From: a virus | Virus record (IMG/VR): IMGVR_UViG_3300030104_006883 | Location: 121,928 to 185,927 of that record | Strand: one strand, 5' to 3' | DNA: 64,000 nucleotides | Shown: piece after piece, positions 39,603 through 48,957 of the stretch | Layout: each line of letters opens with the position of its first letter | How positions within the stretch are numbered: position 1 is the first letter of the stretch | Program-made: the position numbers and the translations under genes | Notes under the pieces: model-generated | Database searches by the model: none | Seen by the model: the letters and a program-made list of their open reading frames with translations, nothing else | What the model was told of the DNA's origin: nothing

Positions 39603-40271
39603 ATGAAGAAGACATTAAACGAATCAACTATTCGCAAGTTTATGAAGCTGGCTAACATCGAAGCCCTTTCTGAAAACTTTGTGGACAATAACATAGAAGA
39701 GGCTCACTGCTCCAAGAGAGACGATGAAGATGCCATGGAAGAGGCAATCGAAGAATCGGATGAAACTCTTGAAGAGGCAGAAGAGACCCTTGAGGAGACC
39801 GAGGAAACATCTGAGGGTATGGGTCATGCTTATGGACGTGACGATGAGGACGCCATGGAAGAGGGCGCTCACGAGGACGCTCCATCCGACGAGATGTCCG
39901 ATGTTTCACCGGATACAGTAGAGGCCATTGTGGACGCAATCGCGGACGCACTTGAGTCAGTAACAGGCGTTGAAATTAATGTCGATTCTGCCGGAGGAGG
40001 TGAAGAGGCAGCAATGGACGCAGAGGGCGACCTGGAGCCGACTGGCGGTGAAGAGCTTGAGCCGACTGATGGTGATGAAGAGCTTGAGGCGGCTGAAGAC
40101 GCCCTTGAGCTTAGCGAAGAGGAAGAGCTTGAAGAGGCCATGGATGAGGTTGAAGAAGCTCTAAGTGCTGCTGATGTTTCTTTGGAAGAGGATCTTAACG
40201 AAGACGAATTTCTAAATGAAGTAACGAAGCGCGTGGCTAAGCGTCTCCTCGCATTAAGCAAGAACGGTTAA
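39603..40271 (+). CDS. Highly acidic protein, probable head scaffold/internal protein
   Basis: Very Glu/Asp-rich, repeated LEE/LNE motifs, ACTATTTA upstream. Confidence 0.5.
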   Translation: MKKTLNESTIRKFMKLANIEALSENFVDNNIEEAHCSKRDDEDAMEEAIEESDETLEEAEETLEETEETSEGMGHAYGRDDEDAMEEGAHEDAPSDEMSDVSPDTVEAIVDAIADALESVTGVEINVDSAGGGEEAAMDAEGDLEPTGGEELEPTDGDEELEAAEDALELSEEEELEEAMDEVEEALSAADVSLEEDLNEDEFLNEVTKRVAKRLLALSKNG

Positions 40272-40299
40272 TTAGCCACACTAGTGTGTAATTGGAAAG

Positions 40300-40328
40300 A
40301 AGGGGGAGGCTTAGGTCTCCCTTCTTCT
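40300..40328 (+). terminator. Probable terminator
   Basis: GAAGGGGGAGGC-TTAG-GTCTCCCTTC hairpin followed by T-rich run. Confidence 0.55.
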
Positions 40329-40729
40329 TATAAGGCAGGAAAAGTGTTAGCAGAAAACCAAGTAGTTGATAGTGCATTGTGGTTCTTTTTAGGATGTGCC
40401 TCTTATCGCGTTATCAGTTCGTTGGTACTTTCTGCTAGATCGCTTCTGCTGATGGAGCAGACAATCTTGAACTGCTTGAATGTGCTATCATATTGTGATG
40501 ATATGTATGGAACATTTTCAAAAATGAAGCACGGATTAATAAGAAAAAACCGACCAAGCGAGCAAGAGTATGACGAAATGGATTCTGATAATGCTCTTCG
40601 CGATACTTGGAGATACATGGCGATTTACAGCATAATTAATTCTTGTCCCGCAACACTACGTGGCGCAATAAAATTTAATGACTGGGACAGCGCCATGAAA
40701 TACCTAAATAAAATAGAAAAGGGGAATAA

Positions 40730-41377
40730 ATGAGTTCCGATAAAGACGATCTCAAAGACCAAGAGGCGGCTGAGCAACTGATTGCGTCGCTTTTAGGGAA
40801 AGGTCCAATTACTGAAGAGGTTAAGCTCAGGGTGGCCACCTTATATGGAGATATAACTCAGGATAAATGTAGCGACGCTATATATAATCTATTATATCTA
40901 AAAGAATCAGGCAAACAGACCATACAAGACCCCAATGATGCCAAAGTAATCTATCAAGCCCATGAGCCGGTGGATTTCTATATTTCTACATGGGGAGGCT
41001 CTGTGGTGGATATGTTCGCAGTCTATGATGTTATGAAGATGATACAACATGAGTGTGACATTCGTACTTTTGGATTTGGCAAAGTAATGTCGGCGGGAGT
41101 TGTCCTGCTTGCTGCTGGGGCCAAAGGGCAAAGATTCGTTGGATCTAATTGTAGACTTATGATCCATGGAGTGTCTTCGGGCCAACAGGGCAATTTGGAT
41201 GAATTAAAAAATGAACTAGAAGAAGCGAAGTGGGCTCAAAAGCAGTATATAAAGGCTCTTGCTAAGGACTCAAAAATGAGTCAAAAGCAAATTAGAGAGC
41301 TTTTTAGTCAAAACAAGAATATATATTTTAACGCAGAACAGGCGATAGAGTATGGAATTGCTGATTACGTCATATAG
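40730..41377 (+). CDS. clpP: ClpP-like protease subunit
   Basis: YISTWGGSV, VMSAG (catalytic Ser), RLMIHG (His), YFNAEQAIEYGIADYV. Confidence 0.9.
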   Translation: MSSDKDDLKDQEAAEQLIASLLGKGPITEEVKLRVATLYGDITQDKCSDAIYNLLYLKESGKQTIQDPNDAKVIYQAHEPVDFYISTWGGSVVDMFAVYDVMKMIQHECDIRTFGFGKVMSAGVVLLAAGAKGQRFVGSNCRLMIHGVSSGQQGNLDELKNELEEAKWAQKQYIKALAKDSKMSQKQIRELFSQNKNIYFNAEQAIEYGIADYVI

Positions 41378-41395
41378 TGGGAGGCACGAATAGTT

Positions 41396-42271
41396 TTGTT
41401 TGGTAAAATTTCCTATAATAAAAGAAGTTCTAAGAAATATGGTTGGCTCCCTACATGGTTTGGCATGGATAGTTTTTGTCCGAAATTAATTGAAAGGATC
41501 AAGCTTTTTCAAGTTGAATGGGATCTAAAGCCGGACGGACTAGTCGGACCACAGACCTACAGAAGATTGTTTACGGCTAAGGAGGCCAAGAACAAATCCG
41601 AAAACTCAATCATATGTAACGGGATGCAGGTGCCGATAAATTGGGATAAAATTAAAATTGATATGATGAACTCCGATTGTTACAAGAGACCTAGCAAGGC
41701 TAGGTATCCTAATATGATCGTAACTCATTGGGATGTATGTCTTTCGGCAGACTCCTGCAAGAGAGTTCTAGAGAAAAGAAATATCTCCACGCACTTCTGT
41801 ATTGACAACGACGGCACAATAGTTCAACTAGTTGACTGTAACGATATTGCTTGGCATGCTGGTATTCGCGCCGTTAACAATAACTCCATTGGAGTAGATT
41901 TTAGCAACGCGTATTACACCAGGTATCAAAAGATATATGTTAAAAGAGGCTTTGGCGAAAGACCTATTTTAGAGAATAGTGTGGTTCATGGAAGGAAACT
42001 GTCTCCTCATCTTGGTTACTACCCGGTGCAAATTGAAGCGTACAAGGCACTGCTGGAAGCGCTGATGAGCCACTACAAAATACCCGCAGACTTTCCTCGC
42101 GAAAGGTTCGAAGAGCTAAACACGACGGTTGATAAAGATGCCGCAAGGGGAAGGTTTGAAGGTGTCGTATGTCACTATCATCTAACTAAAAGAAAGATTG
42201 ACACAGCGGGACTGAAGCTCGATGAAATTATTAATGATTTAAAAGAGTATCCTGTTGGCTCTAAGGACTAA
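41396..42271 (+). CDS. Endolysin: PG-binding domain plus N-acetylmuramoyl-L-alanine amidase (Amidase_2)
   Basis: FQ..DGLVGPQT; IVTHW, STHFCID, AWHAG, NNNSIGV, CHYHL..KID. Confidence 0.85.
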   Translation: MFGKISYNKRSSKKYGWLPTWFGMDSFCPKLIERIKLFQVEWDLKPDGLVGPQTYRRLFTAKEAKNKSENSIICNGMQVPINWDKIKIDMMNSDCYKRPSKARYPNMIVTHWDVCLSADSCKRVLEKRNISTHFCIDNDGTIVQLVDCNDIAWHAGIRAVNNNSIGVDFSNAYYTRYQKIYVKRGFGERPILENSVVHGRKLSPHLGYYPVQIEAYKALLEALMSHYKIPADFPRERFEELNTTVDKDAARGRFEGVVCHYHLTKRKIDTAGLKLDEIINDLKEYPVGSKD

Positions 42272-42291
42272 TTATATTGGGAGTTTACAAC

Positions 42292-42627
42292 ATGAAAATT
42301 ACAAAACAACAACTTAGGCAGATTATTAAGGAAGAAGCAAGCCTGCTAGAGGCAGAGGGAAGTGCAGAGGAACTGATAAAGAGGCTTGTGAAGGTGCACA
42401 AGGATGTGGCCTCTGGAGAGGGTTCGGTCGGCGACGCGGAAGCTGAGAGGCAACTACGTGATCTTGCCGCGCGAGACGACGGGTTTAAATCTAAAGATAT
42501 TGCGACAATAGCCAAAAGTATATTGGCAATCATGCCAGAAGTAGGAAGGCCTGATAAGTCGGGACAACTGTCTGGCTTCTTAGGTCAAAGGATTGGATAT
42601 CTGTATTCCGCTCTTAGGAGATCTTAA
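42292..42627 (+). CDS. Putative internal head protein (MKITKQQLRQIIKEE leader)
   Basis: Leader shared with the next two ORFs. Confidence 0.5.
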   Translation: MKITKQQLRQIIKEEASLLEAEGSAEELIKRLVKVHKDVASGEGSVGDAEAERQLRDLAARDDGFKSKDIATIAKSILAIMPEVGRPDKSGQLSGFLGQRIGYLYSALRRS

Positions 42628-42630
42628 CGA

Positions 42631-42906
42631 ATGAATATCCCTAAACCAAGATTAAAACAAATTATTAAGGAAGAGCTTTCTAGCGTCATTGCCGAAAATA
42701 AAATTAGACAGATTGTTGACGATCGCGCTCTCGACGCAACAGACGAAGAAGGGATTAGTTTTTTTAGATCTTTGGTGAGAGCAACGGGTAAATACCTGGC
42801 CCCAAGAGAGCAAGAGATAGTTGATCAATTAGAAGATGCCGTTGTAAACATATTAACAAAAGCAGCAGAAAACACATATACGGGTAAATTCCCTGGAGTA
42901 AATTAA
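42631..42906 (+). CDS. Putative internal head protein (MNIPKPRLKQIIKEE leader)
   Basis: Shared leader. Confidence 0.5.
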   Translation: MNIPKPRLKQIIKEELSSVIAENKIRQIVDDRALDATDEEGISFFRSLVRATGKYLAPREQEIVDQLEDAVVNILTKAAENTYTGKFPGVN

Positions 42907-42907
42907 A

Positions 42908-43480
42908 ATGAAAATTGCAAAGTCAAAGTTAAAAGAAATAATAAAAGAAGAAATAGCAAAAAGTTTTGATGAAGGTGTCGAAGCGATAGACCCGCAAGTG
43001 ATGAGGGCGGCAAGAGATGAGGACAAGAGAGCCTTCTTCAGCGACACTCTTGAGGATCTGCAAACGGTGGGCGCGGCTATGCTCGGCTACAGAATGGTGG
43101 ATCACAAAAACCCTGCTAAGGTGAAGACTGCAACTAAGATGGCAGATCCAAAAGATATCTTATTGCTAGGCGTCACCCCCGAACACATCTACTTCAAGAC
43201 AATGGATGATATATACTATCGTATGCCAAGACCAGGCGCTGCTCTGGAGGAAGAGCTTGGTGACGATCTCGGAGTAGACGAAATCCCACATGAGTTCGTA
43301 CTAGACAAGTTGGTAGACGCTGCCTCCAAGTACACCGCTATGACGGCCAGAAATATGTTACGCGCCGCTCGTGTACAGTCTCCTGAGTGGCCTGATATAG
43401 AGTCAATGATCGAAGAACCTCTCATGGATGCTCTTACTGATCTTGCAAAAGTAATCCACTTAAAACAAAACGAAGAATAA
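42908..43480 (+). CDS. Putative internal head protein (MKIAKSKLKEIIKEE leader)
   Basis: Shared leader. Confidence 0.5.
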   Translation: MKIAKSKLKEIIKEEIAKSFDEGVEAIDPQVMRAARDEDKRAFFSDTLEDLQTVGAAMLGYRMVDHKNPAKVKTATKMADPKDILLLGVTPEHIYFKTMDDIYYRMPRPGAALEEELGDDLGVDEIPHEFVLDKLVDAASKYTAMTARNMLRAARVQSPEWPDIESMIEEPLMDALTDLAKVIHLKQNEE

Positions 43481-43543
43481 CACTTGACAACTAAAATACA
43501 GTTGTTATATAGTACTCTCAACTAGTCTAAAAGCGAGGTAAGC

Positions 43544-45115
43544 GTGACTAAACACTATTCTTCAGGGAGAGCCCTGCATGAAAAACTTCTTGAGGGTATC
43601 AACGATCTTGCTGATAACGTTGCTTCTACCCTGGGACCAAGAGGGCGGAATGTAATCCTACACAAAGAGGGCCATAGCCCTATAGTTACCAAGGATGGAG
43701 TTACCGTCGCAAACTTTATTAATTTTGATGACCCTATCAAGAATGTGGGTGCCGAGATAATCAAGCAAGCAGCAAGCAATACAAATGTTAGTGCTGGCGA
43801 CGGCACAACTACTTCCACTGTATTATCTCGTGCTATTTTAGAGCAGGCACAAAAATATTTAGTTGCTGGTTCCTCACCTGTGGAGTTGAAGAGAGGAATG
43901 GACAAGACTGTAGAAGCCATAGTCGGCAACATTAAGGGCTTATCAAAGCCTGTTGAGACACAGGAGGATATCAAGCACATTGCGACGATCTCCGCCAACA
44001 ATGACAAATCTATTGGTGAGCTAATAACCATGGCGATCGACCAGGCAGGAAAAGATGGAGCCATAACTGTTGAGGATGGTAAGTCGATTGAAACAACACT
44101 AGACGTGGTTGAAGGGTTTAGGTTCGACTCTGGCTATTTTTCTAAATCGTTTATAACCAACCAGCGAAAGGGCGCTATCAAATATGATAACCCTATGATG
44201 TTAATTACGGATTATAAGATCGATAGCGTGGATGTTATTTATCCTGTTTTGGAACTAGCAGCGCGAGACGGTCGTCCGCTTGTTATCGTCGCCGAGGAGG
44301 TAGAGGGGCAAGCTCTAGCGGCTTTAATCATGAACTCTACAAGAGGAACCATGAGGGTGGCGGCTGTCAAGGCCCCTTACTATGGTGAAGAACGTAGAAA
44401 TACACTAAAAGACCTTAGTGTTTCTATTGGAGCTACGTTTATCTCCAGAGAATCAGGGATAAAGCTGGCCGATGTAAAACTAGACAATCTTGGAACTTGC
44501 GATAAGATAGAAGTTATTAAAAACCACACCACAGTAGTGGGGGGCAATGGGGACGTTGACGCAATAGATGAAAAGATTGAGTCCCTAAAGGAAGAAATAA
44601 AACAAACTGCGGATATGCAGGAGTGCGAAAAGATTCAAGAAAGAATCACGCGCCTTGCCAGCGGAGTAGCGATTATACGTGTGGGCGGAGCCACTGAGGT
44701 CGAGATGATAGAAAAGAAGCACCGAATAGAGGATGCACTTGAGGCGGTCAGATCTGCACAAGAGGAGGGTATGGTTAGTGGAGGAGGTGTCACACTTCTC
44801 AGAGCAGCGCAAGATATAGATTATGTTGAGTATGATAATGAAGATCAGGCGCTAGGAAAACAAATTATACTTAGCGCGATTGAGTCTCCCTTGAGGCAAA
44901 TGGCCATTAACTGTGGCCTGTCCCCGGACTTGATTGTTGAGAAAGTTCTTGCATCTGAGGACGGGTCGGGTTATAATTTTGTGACGAATGAAATAGCGGA
45001 CATGTTTGAGGAAGGGGTCATAGACCCAGCAAAGGTTACAAGAACTGCTCTTCAAAATGCTACGTCTGTTTCATCTACGTTAATAACAACTAATTATGCT
45101 GTAATAGAAAACTAA
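43544..45115 (+). CDS. groEL: Chaperonin GroEL
   Basis: TLGPRGRNV, VTKDGVTVA, AGDGTTT, EGFRFDSGY, GGGV, VIDPAKVTR; lacks GGM tail. Confidence 0.97.
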   Translation: MTKHYSSGRALHEKLLEGINDLADNVASTLGPRGRNVILHKEGHSPIVTKDGVTVANFINFDDPIKNVGAEIIKQAASNTNVSAGDGTTTSTVLSRAILEQAQKYLVAGSSPVELKRGMDKTVEAIVGNIKGLSKPVETQEDIKHIATISANNDKSIGELITMAIDQAGKDGAITVEDGKSIETTLDVVEGFRFDSGYFSKSFITNQRKGAIKYDNPMMLITDYKIDSVDVIYPVLELAARDGRPLVIVAEEVEGQALAALIMNSTRGTMRVAAVKAPYYGEERRNTLKDLSVSIGATFISRESGIKLADVKLDNLGTCDKIEVIKNHTTVVGGNGDVDAIDEKIESLKEEIKQTADMQECEKIQERITRLASGVAIIRVGGATEVEMIEKKHRIEDALEAVRSAQEEGMVSGGGVTLLRAAQDIDYVEYDNEDQALGKQIILSAIESPLRQMAINCGLSPDLIVEKVLASEDGSGYNFVTNEIADMFEEGVIDPAKVTRTALQNATSVSSTLITTNYAVIEN

Positions 45116-45142
45116 ACTATTTACAGATATGAGGAAAATATT

Positions 45143-45430
45143 TTGGACGGACTAGACGTAAATCAAATCCATAGAGACTTGGTTGATTTAAACAGCAAGA
45201 TACAGCGTATGGTAGATGTTATCGAGGTGGTAAAAGACCGACAAGAAGAAATGGCCGACGACATAAACAAGATTAAAAATGCTGTGTACAATCCTGATGA
45301 GGGTATATACGCAAGATTGCGCGAGCTTGAAAGTTGGAAGCAGACCACATCAAAGATTATGTGGATCTTTGCGACTTCTTTAATAGGACTTACGACCGCT
45401 GCACTCTTGAGCGATGTTATGAGAGGATAA
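45143..45430 (+). CDS. Coiled-coil protein with C-terminal TM (holin/XhlA-like?)
   Basis: Heptad pattern then single TM; ACTATTTA upstream. Confidence 0.4.
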   Translation: MDGLDVNQIHRDLVDLNSKIQRMVDVIEVVKDRQEEMADDINKIKNAVYNPDEGIYARLRELESWKQTTSKIMWIFATSLIGLTTAALLSDVMRG

Positions 45431-45431
45431 T

Positions 45432-46626
45432 TTGAAAATTAAAATTGAAAGAACCGTTAATGTAGACGAAGCTCCGGAAGAAGCCAAGAGGTCTATGGTC
45501 CTGGCAATTGACCAAGCAGTAAACGTTCATAATTTAGTGAAAAATCTTTCAAAAAAAGCCGATGAAGAACCCTTGAATGCCTATGCAGTCAACCAGGAAA
45601 TACACGCAATAAGAGAGTGTTTGTTTGAAATGGATTTGATGCTTTCGGACGCTTCTAATATATTAATAACATATCAAGCGGCAACAGCACAGGAAGCTGC
45701 TAGCATAAAGCAGATATCAGAAAACGAGGAATAGATTGTTGAATTTAAAAAATGGAGATTTAGTGCATGTACCATCATCTACCACCCTGACTCTTAAAGG
45801 TGGTGACTATTCTACTTCTTTTATGAGACTTAGGGAGCCAAAAAAACTACTGGTAGCAGAAGCCCATGAGAGAAAGGTCGGCGTACTGTATGATGGACTA
45901 GTCTGGTACGTGGATAAGAAAGATGTTTATTCGTTGGGAGATAAAAATGAATAATTTAATTTTGCTAACTGAAGTGTTTGAAACTAGCGGAGAGATGAAG
46001 TACACAAAGCTCGCTAAGTATTCCAAAACAGAAAGACAGCCAAGGTTTTCGATCAGAAACATCTATGTAAACCCTAGTCATGTAACGCTTATTAAGCAGG
46101 ACGACTTGTCAAAAGAAAGGCTTCTAAAAGGGGAGTTTCCAGAGGGGTTAGACGACAGGCAGGAGTTTACAAAAGTTCAAATAGGCTGCAATTCTTCTTA
46201 TGGATCTCTAAATTTAACCGTAATAGGTTCCGTAGGTATGATTGCCGAAAAACTAAACGGGGCATAAAAATTAAACAGCAGGTAAAAACTTTTTCTATGG
46301 AATTGAAAGATCTCCAAGATCTTGAGGTCAGCACAAGAAAAGAAGTTTATATAGCGTTGCAGAACATGCAACACTTTTGTATCGAAGAACCTCATAATAT
46401 TCATTTGCTCTCTTTATTAACTGAATCATACTCTTTGAGGTCTAAGTTGTTGTTAGAACTTGTAGCAATATTGGAGGAGGCCGAAGGGATTGAGGAAAAG
46501 GATGGCAAAACCGTAGTCCCTCTCCAAGAGAAGACCTTAATGTTTTTACAAACGGCGATTATCGCCAAAATACATGTTGATAAAGACTTGAGGGCGATTA
46601 GTAAAATTTCAATTCAAGAAGTTTAA
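45432..46626 (+). CDS. Four small hypothetical genes (45432-45734, 45736-45954 SH3-like, ~45947-46267, 46297-46626)
   Basis: Consecutive + strand ORFs with SD sites; 45736 begins LKNGDLVHV. Confidence 0.5.
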
Positions 46627-46627
46627 A

Positions 46628-46963
46628 ATGTTTTATGGAATACTATTCTTTATTGTGGGGAACGTAATCGCGTGGTTCCAGTTTAACTCGCAGTTTGTTT
46701 GGCCTTGGTGGAAAGATAGGCCCCTGACAGCCCAGCTTATATTTGCAATACCGATGGGAATGTGTTTCTGGCATGCTGCCAAACATATCGTTGAAGATTC
46801 AGGCGAGCTTTGGACTTCCAAGCTTGTGGGGTTTAGCGTCAGCAATTTAATATTTCCGATCCTTACTTATATATTTATGAAAGAAAGTATGTTTACCATT
46901 AAGACCATGAGTTGTCTTTTTCTTGGAGCAATAATTGTCTTCATACAAATTTATTTTAAATAA
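46628..46963 (+). CDS. Four-TM small membrane protein (DMT/EamA half-transporter-like)
   Basis: Four hydrophobic helices in 111 aa; 'PILTYIFMKE' pattern. Confidence 0.5.
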   Translation: MFYGILFFIVGNVIAWFQFNSQFVWPWWKDRPLTAQLIFAIPMGMCFWHAAKHIVEDSGELWTSKLVGFSVSNLIFPILTYIFMKESMFTIKTMSCLFLGAIIVFIQIYFK

Positions 46964-47033
46964 CCCTTGATTTATCTTTTTTTGTCACTATTGTTGTTTC
47001 GCCTGGTGGCATATTGTTAAAAAGGAGAATGAC

Positions 47034-47450
47034 ATGGGTAAAATTAGTACATATAATCATCCAGCAACTGTTTTTGATTCTATAGTTGATGGGTTTTTGA
47101 CTTCTGGGTTCGTTGATGACTTTATTGGTCGCTCGGCAAGGGCGATTGCGACTCCCAAAACGCAGACGATTGAGAACAAAGATGCATATATTATCTCTCT
47201 CGCTGCTCCGGGCGTGAGCAAAGAAGATTTCAATGTTACTCTTGCTGGGCGAATTATCACTTTAGAATACAAAAAGGGCGAAAAGGGAAGTGAATTTTTT
47301 AACTTCTCTTCATTCAAAAAGACGTGGACAGCACCAAAAGGAGTTGAATCAAAAGGGATAAGTGCAGAATATGTGGATGGGATTCTTAATATAATTGTTA
47401 AGAAGCCTGATATAGTTGACGAAGAATCCGAAGTAATAACAATTAATTAA
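47034..47450 (+). CDS. Small heat-shock protein Hsp20
   Basis: YIISLAAPGVSKEDFNV, SAEYVDGILNI alpha-crystallin motifs. Confidence 0.92.
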   Translation: MGKISTYNHPATVFDSIVDGFLTSGFVDDFIGRSARAIATPKTQTIENKDAYIISLAAPGVSKEDFNVTLAGRIITLEYKKGEKGSEFFNFSSFKKTWTAPKGVESKGISAEYVDGILNIIVKKPDIVDEESEVITIN

Positions 47451-47474
47451 GTTGTTTTGTTTACCTTTGCTTAG

Positions 47475-47510
47475 AAAGAGAAATGTTTTTTAAACATTTC
47501 TCTTTTTTTT
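47475..47510. terminator. Bidirectional-type terminator after Hsp20
   Basis: AAAGAGAAATGTTT/AAACATTTCTCTTT stem followed by T-run. Confidence 0.8.
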
Positions 47511-47551
47511 ATTGCATTAGCGAGATATAAATCATATTTATTATTGAGTAG

Positions 47552-48208
47552 TTGTACAACTCTTTGTACGACGGGAGTAGTCTATCGATGTCCACCGGGG
47601 TGAAGGCAAAATATCTATCAGTATTTTTGTTTATCAACCTTGTAGTATATTTTCTGATACAGAGACATGTGACTCAAAACGATTACGACCTAATGACACA
47701 GATTGACCATGCGATACCCTTCATGCCGCAGTATATATGGCTATATCATAGTATAGTCCCTGTGATAGGCGCTTCTATGATATTGATGGTAAAATCTAAA
47801 AGAATATTTTTTACCACTCTTTGGTCTTTTATACTTGCGACGGTCGTTCTTAACTTCTTTTATCTTTATTTTCCATCATTTTATCCGCGTGGAGAGTTCG
47901 ACCCGACAACTATATCTGAGGTTGTGGTTGAGATCACTAGAAAAATTGATGGAGCGAACAATACGTTCCCAAGTGGACACGTCTGTTTTGCATGGCTCAT
48001 GTACTGGGGTGTTTATTTTTCCGAGGCAGCGAGGAACTTGAGGGGGTTGAGGTCGCTTTTTTGCCTATGGGCGATAGGGATTTCTATGTCTACTCTAGTT
48101 CTCAAACAACACTATATTGTTGATGTGGCATCTGGCTTTGCCCTTGCAACTATTAGCTTTTTTATGGTAAAGTCTTTTGTGGAGACACGTAGATTGTTCG
48201 AAGACTAG
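47552..48208 (+). CDS. PAP2-family membrane phosphatase/phosphotransferase (AUR1-like)
   Basis: Multiple TMs, FPSFYPR, TFPSGHV, LVLKQHYIVDV. Confidence 0.8.
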   Translation: MYNSLYDGSSLSMSTGVKAKYLSVFLFINLVVYFLIQRHVTQNDYDLMTQIDHAIPFMPQYIWLYHSIVPVIGASMILMVKSKRIFFTTLWSFILATVVLNFFYLYFPSFYPRGEFDPTTISEVVVEITRKIDGANNTFPSGHVCFAWLMYWGVYFSEAARNLRGLRSLFCLWAIGISMSTLVLKQHYIVDVASGFALATISFFMVKSFVETRRLFED

Positions 48209-48316
48209 CTATTTATATAAAGCACAATGGAAGAAAAAGAAATTAGACTCTGCTTGGAGATGAGTGCCCTTGTGATAACGTTGTTTCTTTGCGTGGCTAT
48301 ACTTGAGAACTGTTAA

Positions 48317-48790
48317 ATGAATTTGGAATTAATAAAAGAAACTAGCAAGCTGAAAAAAACTTGCAGCAAAGTCGTTGATTTCGAGGAGGCTGAGAGTTTA
48401 GCAAAAGAAATGCTGTTATTTTTAAAAGATAGGCATACTGGAGTTGGCTTGGCCGCTAACCAAGTTGGATATGATATGCAGGTTTGCGTTATCAACGTCG
48501 CGGGTCCAATAATCCTGATAAACCCAAAAATTACTAGTGCATTTAAGAAAATTGTATTTAATGAGGGATGTTTGTCTTTTCCTGGGGATATTGTTACAAC
48601 ACAGAGGTATGCCAATATAGCCGTCACTGCGGACAACCACCCTAAAACATTGTATTTTTCCGAAGATAATTTGTTAGAAAGTGTGTGCGTCCAACACGAA
48701 ATTGATCATTTGAATGGGATAACAATGTACGATAGAAAAATAGACCTTGACAAAAACAAAGATTCTATTTATGATGAGGGAGTCTTTTAG
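48317..48790 (+). CDS. def: Peptide deformylase
   Basis: GVGLAANQVG, EGCLSF, QHEIDHLNG. Confidence 0.95.
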   Translation: MNLELIKETSKLKKTCSKVVDFEEAESLAKEMLLFLKDRHTGVGLAANQVGYDMQVCVINVAGPIILINPKITSAFKKIVFNEGCLSFPGDIVTTQRYANIAVTADNHPKTLYFSEDNLLESVCVQHEIDHLNGITMYDRKIDLDKNKDSIYDEGVF

Positions 48791-48804
48791 CTAAGGAGGG
48801 CGTT

Positions 48805-48957
48805 ATGGCTAAGAACAAGAGTGCAAAGACAGCGAGTGACCCAAAAAAGACTAGTATAGGCCGAGGGCCAAACCGGAAGTGGGGCAACAAAGGTGGAGGC
48901 AAAGACGGCTCTACTATTTCAAAGACATACAAAAAACGTTACAGAGGCCAAGGGTAA
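48805..48957 (+). CDS. 50-aa basic peptide ending KKRYRGQG (not in ORF track)
   Basis: AAGGAGG SD, TTGACA-N17-TATGAT promoter at 48747-48775; translated by hand. Confidence 0.7.
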   Translation: MAKNKSAKTASDPKKTSIGRGPNRKWGNKGGGKDGSTISKTYKKRYRGQG

